A stretch of 64,000 nucleotides of DNA. Source: Diplonema japonicum (Eukaryota; Protista; Euglenozoa: Diplonemea). Below, in pieces: positions 33,156 to 46,099 of the stretch. The first letter of the stretch is position 1. Every line of letters starts with the position of its first letter. The notes under the pieces were generated by a model. That model had not been told where the DNA came from and did not search any database. It was given only the letters and a program-made list of their open reading frames with translations. The stretch lies in contig OZ025731.1 in NCBI GenBank assembly GCA_964019335.1, positions 62,001 through 126,000 on the forward strand. Direction: 5' to 3'. The translations under genes were made by a program, and so were the position numbers.

Positions 33156-33426
33156 ATGATGAGGACTATTCCTTCAAACGTTTCCTGTTAGCTTGATCGA
33201 CCAAGATGACACATTTTAACACTCAGCTCACTCTGATGATTTGAATTTTTTGATTCATAGGGAATGGGTGACCAAAGTGGAGAACTACCAAAAAGAAATG
33301 ATGACAGAAATCTGGATCCAACACGGACGACCCCCTTTTTTTTTTAAAAAAATGGGCCCGGCTGAAAGACAAACCCTTATTTCAAAACCGAGCTTTTTAA
33401 CAGCCTGATTCACCTCTTTTTCTTTT

Positions 33427-33475
<49 letters not shown>

Positions 33476-34800
33476 CAGACAGTTGAGTCGCTTCCATTTC
33501 TCGTTGATACTTGTGAAGTGAATTATGCTTCTGCGAGAGGTGTCCTTACCTACTATATGTTTAGCCAGCACACATGATGACAAACCCAAACCCATCGGTG
33601 TGTACGAATTCTGATCTTCTGAATTGAGGACAACTTCTTCTTTCGACGGGCGGACTGACCAAATAAACGAAGAACCCCGCGACACGATCCGCTGCTTTGT
33701 TTCCACCCCCGCTGTAGAACAGCTGTCTTGACAGGTCTTCTTTTTCTTCCAACTGGACTAAATGATGACAGAAATCTGGATCCAACACGGACGGTCCCCT
33801 TTTTTAAAAAAAAAAAAAGGGTACCGGCTGAAAGATAAACCCTTATTTCAAAATACGAGCTTTTTAACCCTGATATTACAGCGAAGCATTTGTGGCTGTC
33901 TGTTTGCCCCATTTTCCCCCAGCTCCTTGTGATTACAACCTTACGTTCGTTATATTTTTTCATTGACACAAACCACGTGAAAACTTATTATGGTCGAGAT
34001 CATGAAGGACAGCACACGCCTTTTCTTTTCTCTTCCCTTTCTTCCCTTCCCTCCCGTTGTTTTGAGGTGATGATACCTGGACTCTACCGCCCTAGCCAAT
34101 CTGAAGATCTTCAAACAATCGCTTGTTGAGCAACGATTCCTATCAAATACCCTACCTGACTTCTGATCGCAGGGGTTCTGAGGGGTCCTTCTTTTCACGA
34201 GACGAAGAAAGAACTCCCAGCAGACAGTTGAGTCGCTTCCATTTCTCGTTGATACTTGTGAAGTGAATTATGCTTCTGCGAGAGGTGTCTTGCTGGTGCC
34301 CTTTACCTCTCGTTTGCTCCCCGCTGTAGAAACCCTACCCCACACATCCTAACTAAATTCCCAACAACATGATGAGGACTATTCCTTCAAACGTTTCCTG
34401 TTAGCTTGATCGACCAAGATGACACATTTTAACACTCAGCTCACTCTGATGATTTGATTTCTCTTTCCCCGTTCATAGGGAAGGGGTGAATTAGCAGTGA
34501 ACCACCAAAAAGAAATGATGACAGAAATCTGGATCCAACACGGACGACCCCCTTTTTTTAAAGGGGCCCGGCTGAAAGATAAACCCTTATTTCAAAACCG
34601 AGCTTTAACAGCCTGATTCACTTCTTTTTCTTTCGCTTCCCAGTTCTTTTCTCCGGAGCTCCTCACCAACACCCTTGCATCGCTCTGCTCTGTTCACGAC
34701 CTTCACCCGTACAGATGACAGATGAACTACAGGGGGAGATACCTTTATTCCGCACATTCTTTTCCTTAATATTATAGACAGCGACAAGGCTGTAGAAGAA
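33156..34800 (+). ncRNA. snoRNA cluster block 2
   Basis: Units C, A', E, D, deleted F, A, H, B, E, C, A', G; near-identical to block 1. Confidence 0.9.
34672..34799 (+). ncRNA. Unassigned structured RNA unit G ending in an AGA box; copies ~37090-37216, ~39463-39590
   Basis: Conserved in 3 copies; outer stem CCTTG.ATCGCT/AGCGA.CAAGG, internal AGA and terminal TGT-AGA. Could be one or two H/ACA-like RNAs. Confidence 0.45.
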
Positions 34801-34934
34801 CTACACGTGTGTTAGGGGCACCCGGTGGCCCTGAGCTGATGGTGAATTTTCTCGACGAGCAAACTGGCTTCAATAAAACTTTAATTGCTAAAACAGATAC
34901 ACATTGAGAAAAAAAAGAGAAAAAGAAACCAACA

Positions 34935-35945
34935 ATGCAGATGCTGTACCTTGCTCTTTTCGCTGTGGGTGTGGCGGTATCGGAAGGAACGGAGCAGAAC
35001 GCGCAGGAGGACCGTGTCGGGGAGAAGGTGGCGGAGGATGTTTCGAAGGGGGCAGTGAGCGCGAACATGCTCGGGGGGACCTTGTGGGATTGGGACCGAT
35101 GCGTGGCGGAGCCGTGCAAGGAAGGGGAGGGGGACTGCGACTCGGATGCGGAGTGCAAGGCTGGGCTGACGTGCGGGCACAACAACTGCAAGACGATGCA
35201 CCCTGCGGAGGCGGACCTGTACATGACGTACGCGGACTGCTGCGAGGTGATGCAGCCCTTCCACCTGGACTACTGTCAGGAGAAGCCTGGCTGTGGGTTC
35301 GGGGTCGGGGACTGCGACGACGACGACCAATGCGGAGCAGGGCTGGTGTGCGGGTACAACAACTGCAGGGCGATGCACGCGAGGACGGACCCCGTGTTGA
35401 TCCACCACAGAGCCGACTGCTGCACAACTTGCGCGGCTGTGACTGTGGTGCTGGACGGGATCCCCACCCCTCAACCCCCGATGTCCTTCGTCGGCGGGAA
35501 GCTCGTGACAGCTGAGAGGACGCTCGCGAACCCTCCGAGTGTGCTGGCGGGGTCCGTGGTCCACAGCCTCCCGTCCCTCTCGTCCGACGATGAGATCAAG
35601 CTGGAGTGCTGTGCGAAGAAGAACACCCCGTGCAACTTCTTCGTTGCGGTCTACCACTGTCCCCCTTGCTCCGCCACCGCCAACGGCGGCATCCCCAACT
35701 TCCTCGCTTCCCAAGGATGGAGCGGCTCCTCCTGCGCTCCGATCTTCACCCCCGCTGGTTCCTCGCAAGCCCAGACCATGACGGTCTTCCAGAAGACCCT
35801 CCAGGCGGGCGAGGACCTCACCATCCCCCTCTCCACAGCTGCCCCTCATGTTGCCGTCTTCACCACTGGGGGTGTCGGGGATTGGTGCCCCAACAGGGTG
35901 GCCACCGGCACCAAGGGTCCCAACAGACCTTGCGTGTGCCTTTGA
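34935..35945 (+). CDS. Secreted cysteine-rich protein with two CxxGEGDCDxDxxC..GLxCGxNNC modules
   Basis: Signal peptide, duplicated Cys/Asp module, GC-rich codons. Confidence 0.8.
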   Translation: MQMLYLALFAVGVAVSEGTEQNAQEDRVGEKVAEDVSKGAVSANMLGGTLWDWDRCVAEPCKEGEGDCDSDAECKAGLTCGHNNCKTMHPAEADLYMTYADCCEVMQPFHLDYCQEKPGCGFGVGDCDDDDQCGAGLVCGYNNCRAMHARTDPVLIHHRADCCTTCAAVTVVLDGIPTPQPPMSFVGGKLVTAERTLANPPSVLAGSVVHSLPSLSSDDEIKLECCAKKNTPCNFFVAVYHCPPCSATANGGIPNFLASQGWSGSSCAPIFTPAGSSQAQTMTVFQKTLQAGEDLTIPLSTAAPHVAVFTTGGVGDWCPNRVATGTKGPNRPCVCL

Positions 35946-36556
35946 GAGGGAGGGAAGGAGAGAGAGTGAGGCGTGCCAAATAGAGTTTCTGAAAACCCTT
36001 TCTCCCCCGTTCGTCTTCTCTCAGCAGAAGGGCGGCGGTGGAGAAAACCTTTATTCTATGATCTATCATTCCTCTGGAATGTCCCTTTTCTTTCTTTTTT
36101 TTGCTGTGTCACATACTGCATGGCACCACTAAAATCGAGACTACCTTTTTTTCGTTCTCATTTACTTACCTAAGTTAACTTCCTCTCTTCCCCCCCCTTT
36201 TTTTTAGCTTGGCACCACTAAACGAGGGCCTCTGCTGAAGAAATGCGATGAACAGGGATCTGTTGATAGCTTCCAAAAAATGCGAAAGTTATTGAGCCTT
36301 CCTCTTCTTCTTCTTCTTTCTTTTCTCATTTCTTATTACTTTTTGTTCGCTGTTGGGGGAGGGGGGGGGGCAAGGAGAGACATCATCGTCTTGCTTTCAT
36401 CATTGATAGAAGAAATCTGGATCCAACACAGACACCCTTTTTTACCCTTGAACCCAGGAGCTGATTCTGATTTCAGCCATTCTATCATGCTTCTGCGAGA
36501 AGTGTCCCTTTTGTCTTCCTGCTATATGTTTAGCCCTTGAAGCCGTGCCAGCACAC

Positions 36557-37327
36557 ATGATGACAAACCCAAACCCATCGGTGTGTACGAATTCTGATCT
36601 TCTGAATTGAGGACAACTTCTTCTTTCGACGGGCGGACTGACCTACCAAAAGAAACGAGCAAAGGAAAGGAACCCCGTGACACGATCTGCGGTTCAAGAA
36701 TCAAGGCAGATGCTCTGTTCTGCTTTGTTTCCACCCCTGCTGTAGAAACCCTACCCCACACATCCTAACTAAACTCCCAAAACATGATGAGGACTTTTCC
36801 TTCAAACGTTTCCTGTTAGCTTGATCGACCAAGATGACACATTTTAACACTCAGCTCACTCTGATAATTTGATTTCTCTTTCCCCGTTCATAGGGAAGGG
36901 GTGACATAGTAGAGAACCACCAAAAAGAAATGATGACAGAAATCTGGATCCAACACGGACGACCCCCTTTTTTTAAAGGGGCCCGGCTGAAAGATAAACC
37001 CTTATTTCAAAACCGAGCTTTTTAACAGCCTGATTCACTTCTTTTTCTTTCGCTTCCCAGTTCTTTTCTCCGGAGCTCCTCACCAACACCCTTGCATCGC
37101 TCTGCTCTGTTCACGACCTTCACCCGTACAGATGACAGATGAACTACAGGGGGAGATACCTTTATCCCGCACATTCTTTTCCTTAATATTATAGACAGCG
37201 ACAAGGCTGTAGAAGAACCTACTCAACACATCCAAAACCCAACAAAGTGATGAGGACTATTCCTTCAAACGTTTCCTGTTAGCTTGATCGACCAAGATGA
37301 CACATTTTAACACTCAGCTCACTCTGA
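36557..37327 (+). ncRNA. snoRNA cluster block 3
   Basis: Units D, F, C, A', G, C, preceded by decayed A/E fragments at ~36405-36503. Confidence 0.9.
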
Positions 37328-37469
37328 TGATTTGATTTATTTCCGTTCATGTGCCAGATACAGCCCAGTTTCCGAAGCTACCCGCCACCAACACAGAGGG
37401 GGGTCGCTTTTTTACCCTTGCACCTTAAGCTTGGGAAAAAAGAATAAAAGAAGAAAGGAAAAAAAAAGA

Positions 37470-38843
37470 ATGCGAGAAGTGATCTCCTTATGCATCGGTC
37501 AGGCTGGTTGCCAGGTTGGGAATGCCTGCTGGGAGCTGTTTTGCCTGGAGCAAGGGATCCAGCCTGATGGGCAACGTGCTACGGACGTGGAAGGCAGGGG
37601 GAAGAACCGTAGCGACAGCAACGACGCTGACAGCAGGCGCTTCTTCGGGGAGCACGGTGCTGGGAAGTTCGTTCCGCGAGCAGTATTCGTTGACCTGGAG
37701 CCCACAGTGGTGGACGAGGTGCGGACGGGGACCTACAGGCAGCTATTCCACCCCGAGCTGCTGCTCTCTGGGAATGAGGACGAAGCGAGCACATTCGCAC
37801 GAGGGTACCACGCCTATGGGAGTGAGTTCGTGGACCTCTGCCTGGACAAAATCAGAAGGCTTGCTGACAGTTGCACCTCCCTGCAGGGCTTCATTGTCTT
37901 CAGCGCTGTCGGCGGCGGAACAGGATCAGGCCTTGGGTCCCTCCTCCTGGAGCGCCTCTCTGCTGACTACGGGAGGAAGTCAAGACTTGCCTTCACGGTG
38001 TATCCCTCGCCCCAGAACTCAACGGCCGTGGTGGAGCCCTACAACAGTGTGCTGGCGACGCACTCCCTCTTGGAGCACACGGACGTTGCAGTGGTGCTGG
38101 ACAACGATGCCGTCTACGACATCGTCAGGAGGAAGCTCGGCATCGAGATGCCCACCTACACCAACCTGAACCGTTTGATGGCACAGGTGGTGAGCTCAGC
38201 CACAGCCTCGCTTCGCTTCGGTGGTTCACTGAATGAAGACCTTGTGGAGCTTCAAACCAACTTGGTCCCCTACCCGAGGATACACTTCCTTCTCTCCTCG
38301 TACGCACCCATACTCTCGGTGGAAAAGGCTTACCACGAGAGTTTCTCTCCCCAAGAGATCACGACCACTGCCTTTGAACCCTCATCGATGATGGCAAAAT
38401 GCGATCCCCGCCACGGGAAGTACATGGCGTGCTGCCTGATGTACCGTGGTGACGTGGTCCCGAAGGACGTAGGAGCTGCTGTATGCATGATCAAGACCAA
38501 CAGGACTATTGAGTTCGTGGACTGGTGCCCTGGTGGGTTCAAGTGTGGAATCAACTATCAGGCTCCCGCGGCAGTTCCTGGTGGGGACCTTGCGAGGGTG
38601 CAGAGGTCTGTGTGCATGCTCTCCAACAGCACTGCCGTTGCTGAGGTGTTCGCTAGAATCGATCACAAGTTCGATCTCCTGTACTCGAAGAAGGCCTTTG
38701 TGCACTGGTACATCCGTGAGGGTATGGAGGAGGGCATGTTCTCTGAGGCACGTGAGGACACAGCTTCTCTAGAGAAAGACTACGAGGAGGTAGGAGAAGA
38801 CTACGACGAGGAAGATGAATCCTTTGGGTCGGAGGAGTACTAA
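37470..38843 (+). CDS. TUBA: Divergent alpha-tubulin
   Basis: [38 protein letters not shown]-terminal EEY; first credible ATG at 37470. Confidence 0.95.
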   Translation: MREVISLCIGQAGCQVGNACWELFCLEQGIQPDGQRATDVEGRGKNRSDSNDADSRRFFGEHGAGKFVPRAVFVDLEPTVVDEVRTGTYRQLFHPELLLSGNEDEASTFARGYHAYGSEFVDLCLDKIRRLADSCTSLQGFIVFSAVGGGTGSGLGSLLLERLSADYGRKSRLAFTVYPSPQNSTAVVEPYNSVLATHSLLEHTDVAVVLDNDAVYDIVRRKLGIEMPTYTNLNRLMAQVVSSATASLRFGGSLNEDLVELQTNLVPYPRIHFLLSSYAPILSVEKAYHESFSPQEITTTAFEPSSMMAKCDPRHGKYMACCLMYRGDVVPKDVGAAVCMIKTNRTIEFVDWCPGGFKCGINYQAPAAVPGGDLARVQRSVCMLSNSTAVAEVFARIDHKFDLLYSKKAFVHWYIREGMEEGMFSEAREDTASLEKDYEEVGEDYDEEDESFGSEEY

Positions 38844-38945
38844 CCCCCCCCTCCCCCCCCCCCCCCCTCCCTATCCCTAGCTCTCAAGTATTATATTTTG
38901 TTACACCTTGTTGTTCTCACTGTGCTTTGCTGTTGTTGTTTTGAG

Positions 38946-39701
38946 GTGATGATACCTGGACTCTACCGCCCTAGCCAATCTGAAGATCTTCAAACAATCG
39001 CTTGTTGAGCAACGATTCCTATCAAATACCCTACCTGACTCCTGATCGCAGGGGTTGGTTTTTTTTTTTTTTTTTTTTTTTTTTTTGACACAACCACATG
39101 ATGACAAACCCAAACCCATCGGTGTGTACGAATTCTGATCTTCTGAATTGAGGACAACTTCTTCTTTCGACGGGCGGACTGACCTACCAAAAGCCGTGAC
39201 ACGATCCGCGGTTCAAGAATCAAGGCAGATGCTCTGTTCTGCTTTGTTTCCACCCCCGCTGTAGAACAGCTGTCTTGACAGGTCTTCTTTTTCTTCCAAC
39301 TGGACTAAATGATGACAGAAATCTGGATCCAACACGGACGACCCCTCTTTTTTTAAAGGGGCCCGGCTGAAAGATAAACCCTTATTTCAAAACCGAGCTT
39401 TTTAACAGCCTGATTCACCTCTTAGGTTTCCCAGTTCTTTTCTCCGGAGCTCCTCACCAACACCCTTGCATCGCTCTGCTCTGTTCACGACCTTCACCCG
39501 TACAGATGACAGATGAACTACAGGGGGAGATACCTTTATCCCGCACATTCTTTTCCTTAATATTATAGACAGCGACAAGGCTGTAGAAGAACCTACTCAA
39601 CACATCCAAAACCCAACAAAGTGATGAGGACTATTCCTTCAAACGTTTCCTGTTAGCTTGATCGACCAAGATGACACATTTTAACACTCAGCTCACTCTG
39701 A
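38946..39701 (+). ncRNA. snoRNA cluster block 4
   Basis: Units B, D, F, A', G, C. Confidence 0.9.
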
Positions 39702-39762
39702 TCTTTTTTTATTATTATTTCACTGGAATCCCCCCCCCCCCCACCCTACCCTAGCTTCAGGG

Positions 39763-40104
39763 ATGGCCAATACATTAGAAGATGGCGAATATACTGTGAA
39801 GGAGGAGAAACGGAACCCGATGGCTATGGACGAAGACGACGACGATGATGATGATGACATTGTGGGGGCCCGGAAGAGAAAGAGAGCGGCACTGGAGGAG
39901 GCCTTTGAGTTCAAACTGCTTGCTCCCACAGGCATGCTGGACGAGAGCAGCCCAGTGGACGTGAGGTCCAAGTTCATGCAGATGTTCTTTGAAACCAAGC
40001 TGAACCCAGCCACAGAGAAGGAGTTGGAGATAAAAGTTCAAGAAAAGCGAGAAAACCGCGTGGGCAGGACGAAAAGACTGACCACTGCAGCAGACAGAGT
40101 ATGG

Positions 40105-40138
<34 letters not shown>

Positions 40139-41081
40139 ATAGGAACGGCAACAAAGGGCTGCAGATTGGGCTGCAAAAGAAATAGCGGAGCTTAACGCAG
40201 CAATGGAAGACAACGAGCAAGTAGACAACGAGCTGACAGAGGCAGAGAGAGTGGAGGTGCAAAGGGTTCAACAACAGGCAGTCGCACAGGAAGCTAAAGC
40301 TGAAGCGGAGGACAAGGAATTGGACGACGAACGCGACCTTACAGACGCGCATAAATTCTTCAGCGGGCCTGACGACGAAAACGCTCTGATTGAAGCGTTT
40401 GAAGAAAAGGCAGCGTTCAAGGAAATCAGCAAAGTGAAGAAGGACAAAATCGGTTTGAGCGAAGTGATCCCCCCCGAGGATATCAAACGACTTTACCTAC
40501 GGTACCACAGAAAAAAAAAAAAAAAAAAAAAAAAATCAGACCCGCCGACGAACTGATCGTCAACACAGACCTCCCAGAGCGGTATCAACTCCAACTGGAC
40601 TCTGTCGGCTGGACCCAACAGATGATACTGGAAACGTTCTTCGGGCCAAACGAAGACGCGCTGATGCTTATGGTAAACTACATCTACGTGAAGCTGTTCA
40701 GGAACACTGTCCACTCACCAGGGATCATCTCAAGGGTGCTGACGTACGTGTTCAAATACGGAAACGAACCGGTGTTCGTTCAGAGATATTGCATGCTGAG
40801 AGAGACTGCCGAAGACAGGTAAAAGAGAAAAAAAACTTTTTAGACCCTGCTGTTTTTCCTCACACGGGCCCGCTTTTTTTTTGGGGGGGGGGATTTCTCT
40901 AAGGTAATACGGGGGGGGGGGGGGGGGTAGCTATTTTCGCTGCAGCATTTTAAGGGGAAGTAAGGCACTTATTCCCACTTTTAAGGGCCGGAAATGGCCT
41001 CAGAACCCCCACCCCACAAAAAAAGATTTTTCAAGGGGTCGTGTACATTTCCCCCCCCCATGACAGGACCCATTTTTTCAC

Positions 41082-41119
<38 letters not shown>

Positions 41120-44100
41120 ACAGTTGCACGCTGGACGATGTGTGGGCGATCTGGAACACTGCATTCGAATTCATGGCGATTTACAACCGAAGGGAGGAGC
41201 TGAAGGAGAGGCTCTACCCGATACACGAGGCGTACGTCGACGGGTTGTTCCACAGCAGTCAGATCGGGTCTACCAAGTACCCCACCACAACAAAGACGCA
41301 GAGGGTGCAGATGGCACAACGTATCGCAGAAGGCCTGGAAAGCGTGTCCTTTGACATGTATAATGTTTCCTTCGCCGAGCTGTCCACGAAGGGATCCCAA
41401 GCAAAATGGACGTGGGAACCGCATTACCTAACATGGATTGAAAAATGGATGACGCACTGGGACGAGGTGTTCCAAAGGGCCTGCACAGCGATGAACACGC
41501 AGATTGCATACAACATGCGACTGGACGGGAACAAACTAACGCGCATTCCCTTGAAGCGCAACGAGGCAGTCCGGTTCCGAAGCCAGAATCTTTTCCACTT
41601 CGCGATGCAGTTCTCTGCACATCCGTCCACCATCGCACTATCACTAACCACTTCGGGCAATGAAGATCTCACAAGCGCATTAACAGGACGAGTCCGGCTA
41701 GAAGACATCCACAGCGAAGACGACCGCGAACGAGTGGAAGGCATCCAACACATGACCTTAACAAAACCCTCAAGACCACCCAAGGTCATGTTCCAACACT
41801 GGGCGGATGTTGCAAACCAAATGCACAACGGCATGTGGGGTACAGGACCGAAGGCGGCAAGCACACTTCGCGAAGCATGCTGCGACATGTTGGCAGGCTC
41901 GCTCTCCGCAGAACCGAGATTCAGACAGACCATCCTCAACCTGATCGTTGGTGTTGATGACCAATCTATTATGTCGTTAGGCCGTGTTCGCGTCCAACCC
42001 TCCACCAACGGGTTCGGATATTTCAAACAAGGCGGGCAAAGCAGGGTTGGTTACCGCAACCTGTGTTTAAACTCCAGAAAATTCACGTCTGATCTGAAGG
42101 AGGAAATCGTTAAATACGTTGAATCCGGTTTAATGGTTTTCTGGTTCGAGGTGGACGACCCGGCAAAGGTGAAACGTGAGATTGAAAACGATTTGTTCAA
42201 CACGGAAGGCATGACGGAGAACAAATCGATCTCTGCGTCCTCAGCAGCACCGAGTACCACGATGACCGCCATGACAGCGATGACGCAGCAGCTCGAAGTG
42301 AACAGAATGAACATTAAAAGAGAAGCGTTGACATCGTCCGTCAACATCTCTGACCTCGACATCTGGTACCCGTCGGAACAAACATTCGAACAGTTCAAGC
42401 AAAAGATCAAGAAGAGGAAGACGGAGATCATCACGAGCGTGTTAAAAGACGCACATCGCGACCAAGGAAACATCAACCTCTCAAAGCTCCCCTTCGTCCC
42501 CTTCGACGAATGGTACACCAGCAAGCCCGACATCCCAGAAGACCCAACACAAATGTCGGAAGCTCAAAAGATCGCGTCAGAATGGGCAGAGATAAGAACA
42601 GGCATCATCGAGAAAGCGGTGTACCTTGCGTTAGATGATGTGGAGGAAATACTGTGGGATAAGATCTCAGCAGAGGTTAAGGAGAAGGTTCTCAGCGATT
42701 CCGCAGCGGGGCTTCGAAAAATCGTGCTTCGATCAGGGTACCGATCGTACAAATTGAAATCGGGCGTGCTCGAGGGTCTAGACGACGCTAACGCGAAGAG
42801 AATGTTGCTGGACGAGGAGATGTTCAACACCAACGATGCCACCGACTACATGCTCGACACAGCTGACACCACACCGCCCGGAAAATACCGCATCGCCGGT
42901 GTTGTCTACGACGATGTCATGAAACAACACACCATCTGCTTCCTCGACGAGTACGGGAACTACCTCGACTCCTTTGAACTGCAACATCTTGTCATGCGTG
43001 AGGAGGACCCTCTTGTAAGGGAGAAGCTTGACGACATGCAGGTTCGTCTAAGAAAGTGTATCTTCACCTTCCGACCCCAAGCGTGGGCCATTGGAATGAC
43101 GCACTCCACGGATTTACGAGTCCGGGAAATGTTGAGGAAGTTCAACGTCGATTGGCAGGCGATGCTTGACGACAAAGATTTACGTGAACTGCTTCCACCT
43201 GGTTTCCGTCCTCCAAAGATCGAGCTTGTCGATGCGAGGATTTCCCGGGTGTGGGCAAGATCGCGAGAGGCATCCACGGAACTCCGTGATCTCGACGACA
43301 GTCGGAAGAAGGCTGTCGCGATCGGCAGAACACTTCGCAATCCTCTCAGCGCAGTTGCATCTCTATTCACAGCCGACAAGGACGCGCTCAGTCTTGCGTT
43401 GTGTGAAATGCAAGAAGTCGTTCCCAAACTTCAGCTTCTGCGTCGGTTGGAACAGCAGATGGTGTCCATCGTCGGGGTTGTCGGGCTGGACATCAACCAC
43501 ACTTTGAACCAAGTCGCACGCAGCGAGCACGGTCTGCTCCAGTTCCTCCCAGGGTTCGGGCCTCGAAAGGCCGCCTTCCTCTACCGTAACATTGCGGGCC
43601 ATGTCCCGACTGTTTACTCCCGCGCCGCGTTGCAAGAGGAGCCCTTCAACTTCCCCAAGACAATCTTCAGAAACATCAACGGGTTTGTGAAGATCATGCT
43701 GACCAATCAGGACGCCGATCGAAGCACCGTGGGATTGTTCAGGCATACGTTGGACAGAACGAGGATAATGACGTCGTTCTACCCTATTGTGACTATGATG
43801 GTGCACTCCATCTACGTGGGGTTGGGGAAGCTCGACGCGCAGGACCTCGCAACCCTGACGCAAGAGGAGTACACAACCGCACTGATGAAAAAAGTGAGGA
43901 AAATGATGGAGGACATCGAGGTGAAACGGCGTGCGGGGAGGCTTGAAGACGCGGACTTAATGCAAGTCGACTGGCAGGGCATGAAGGACGAATGGGGCAG
44001 GCAGTATCAGACAACAGCAGAGTTCATAGAAGATGACGATGAAGCCGCCATGGTGGACAGCATCCCATTGCCGGACCTCATGCAGGTCATCAAGGAAGAG

Positions 44101-45780
44101 CTGATCCAGCCCTACGGAATTCGCGCTGGCGCTGATGACGAATTGAACTCCATGGCAGAGTACCGCCCAACACAAGAAGACACCGTTTTCGACACATTAG
44201 TGGACGATCGTTCCCTTCTCCCCGGCGCACTGCGAATCGTGAACGTTACAGGAACAACCCCAAATGCGGTCAGGCTCCGTATTGCAGGATGCGACGCGGT
44301 TCGTGCAACCGTTTTAAAGTCCGACACGAAACCTGGATCAATGTACACAGAACAAGACTGGGCGCTGTACCGTGACCAATGGTTCAAAAAGGGAATGCAG
44401 TTCGAAGGTGTTATCACGAAGATTGTGAAGTCGAGCTTCTTGGTGGTGTTGACCATCGACTCCGACATGGTGAAGGAGGCCAAGATGAAGATCGACAAGC
44501 ATTTCAAAGACATGGAAAAAGCTTTGCGGCAGAAGGAAAAGCTCATCGCGATGTCGCAAACCGCATCACAAGCAGGCACCCTCGACACAGTATCGCAGAC
44601 AGGCACACAACTTACGTTCCCATTCACAGAGGACCAAACGGTGGTGTCCACCATCGACTCGATCATGGACCCGAGGGATCAAGGAATGGCACAGGACAGG
44701 CCTCAATTTAATATCCCGGAAATGGACGGTGGCCAGCTGTTGTCCCACCCGTTGTACATCCCAAGCTTGGAGACACAATCTCAGGCAAGAGCGAAACTTG
44801 TCGATGTTGAACGAGCAACAGGCAGGCCTTATTATAAACCCGGCGATTTATTGATGAGGCCGGACGTGAAAACAAAGGCGAGGGGGAACTTCAAACTGGA
44901 CATGCGAATGCACGAGCATCCTCTTGTGGATGAGAAGAATGTATTCGGGTTGGGTCACGGGAAAGAATTGACGAGAACTGCGTTCTTGTCCATCGGGTTC
45001 GAGGTGAAAGGCCACAGTGTAGTCGTCAAGGAGCACTCGTCCACCAGCGAGAAGGCAAAGGACGAGCAAAACCCCGACGATGGGATACGAACATTTAGAT
45101 ACGATGACGTAGACCACATGATCCACGTCTATGCCAGGCAATGGTACAAACAGACGCTTGAGCTGCGGCGCCACAAGTACTGGGATCCCCGTGCTGTGCA
45201 GCATGTTAGGAAATGGGTCGCTGCTGAAGCCGTATCCCGTGCGCGCACTTCAGGAAAGTCTCACCACATCCCGTGGAAGATTTGCCCTGACGAAGCTGTT
45301 ATAACCGATGGCACCAACGGTGGCGCACCGTCAGTGAGAATCAACGCGCTGAGGTTTTTGATGGTACGTAAGAAGAAACGAAAAAAAAAAAAGAAAAAAA
45401 AAAGAAAAAAAAAAAAAAAAAAGGTGTTCCCCGGGCTGACCTCGCAGGAGCGTAAGGCGAAAAAGACGAGAATGTTCATGTTCGAGGTATTGGTTTTTTT
45501 GGTGATAATTGTTTCTCATTTTTTTTTTTTCCCCCCACAGGCGCGCAGGGACCACTACAAAATGATCAGAGCCTGCTCTAGCTCGGTGAGGTTCACAGGA
45601 AGAAGCTTGAAGGATTTGGAGGAATGTCAAAAATTCGCGCAGCATCACTATACCCGACTGGCGGCTGCTGGGATGAGGTATGTTCAGGGAAATTTTCAAT
45701 AAAAAAAAAAAAAACTCAAACTAAATAGCGCACGAAGCAGGCAACGAGATGCCTCTCCAGCTCTGGATGGCATGCAGTAA
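39763..45780 (+). CDS. SPT6: Transcription elongation factor Spt6-like; introns 40099-40142, 40502-40539, 40819-41123, 45364-45423, 45487-45540, 45678-45728
   Basis: Acidic N-terminus. Splicing restores LYLRPADELIVNTDLPERYQL and LDDVWAI. YqgF-like region, AVAIGRTLRNPL, HhH motif LLQFLPGFGPRKA, S1-like and SH2-like C-terminal parts. Confidence 0.8.
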
Positions 45781-46099
45781 CAGAAATAGTGAGATGGTAA
45801 TTTTAGGAGAGGGGGGGGTTTTTTTTTGTGTTAAGTTTTTGTTGTTGTTTTTTTTTGCAATTATCAGAGAGAAAACAAAGAAAGAAATATAAAAAAGTTG
45901 GGAAGAGAGGGTTGGTATAATCCCCCCCCCCCCCCCCCCCAGTGATATTCGGGTAACCCAAAGGGGGAACAAAGAAATGATTACCCCCTCCCCTTGTCCC
46001 TTCTAGTGTTCTTTTTTTTTTAAAAAAAATGTTTTGACATCCCCCCCCCCCATATGTTTTAAATCAAAAAAAATTGCAGGCCTTCCCCCCCCTCCCCCC

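Noticed and set aside
27101-34198. Repeated small ORFs (79 aa MWLSVCP..., 82 aa MKRRTP...)
   Set aside because: Non-ATG starts; they overlap snoRNA units and recur only because the array is duplicated.
34881-35849. 322-aa antisense ORF and other long minus-strand ORFs over GC-rich genes
   Set aside because: Expected shadow of GC3-biased sense genes; no motifs.
26974-39701. CRISPR-like array (repeats interleaved with unique sequence)
   Set aside because: Units are 65-130 nt with C/D or AGA boxes and rRNA antisense elements; no constant short repeat with unique spacers and no cas genes.
40843-41042. MITE inside the 305-nt Spt6 intron (GACCC...GGGTC)
   Set aside because: Inverted match is only ~5 bp and no TSD is visible.
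45364-45540. Poly-Lys and poly-Phe stretches in the 1553-aa ORF
   Set aside because: They are in-frame GT-AG introns (60 and 54 nt), not protein sequence.
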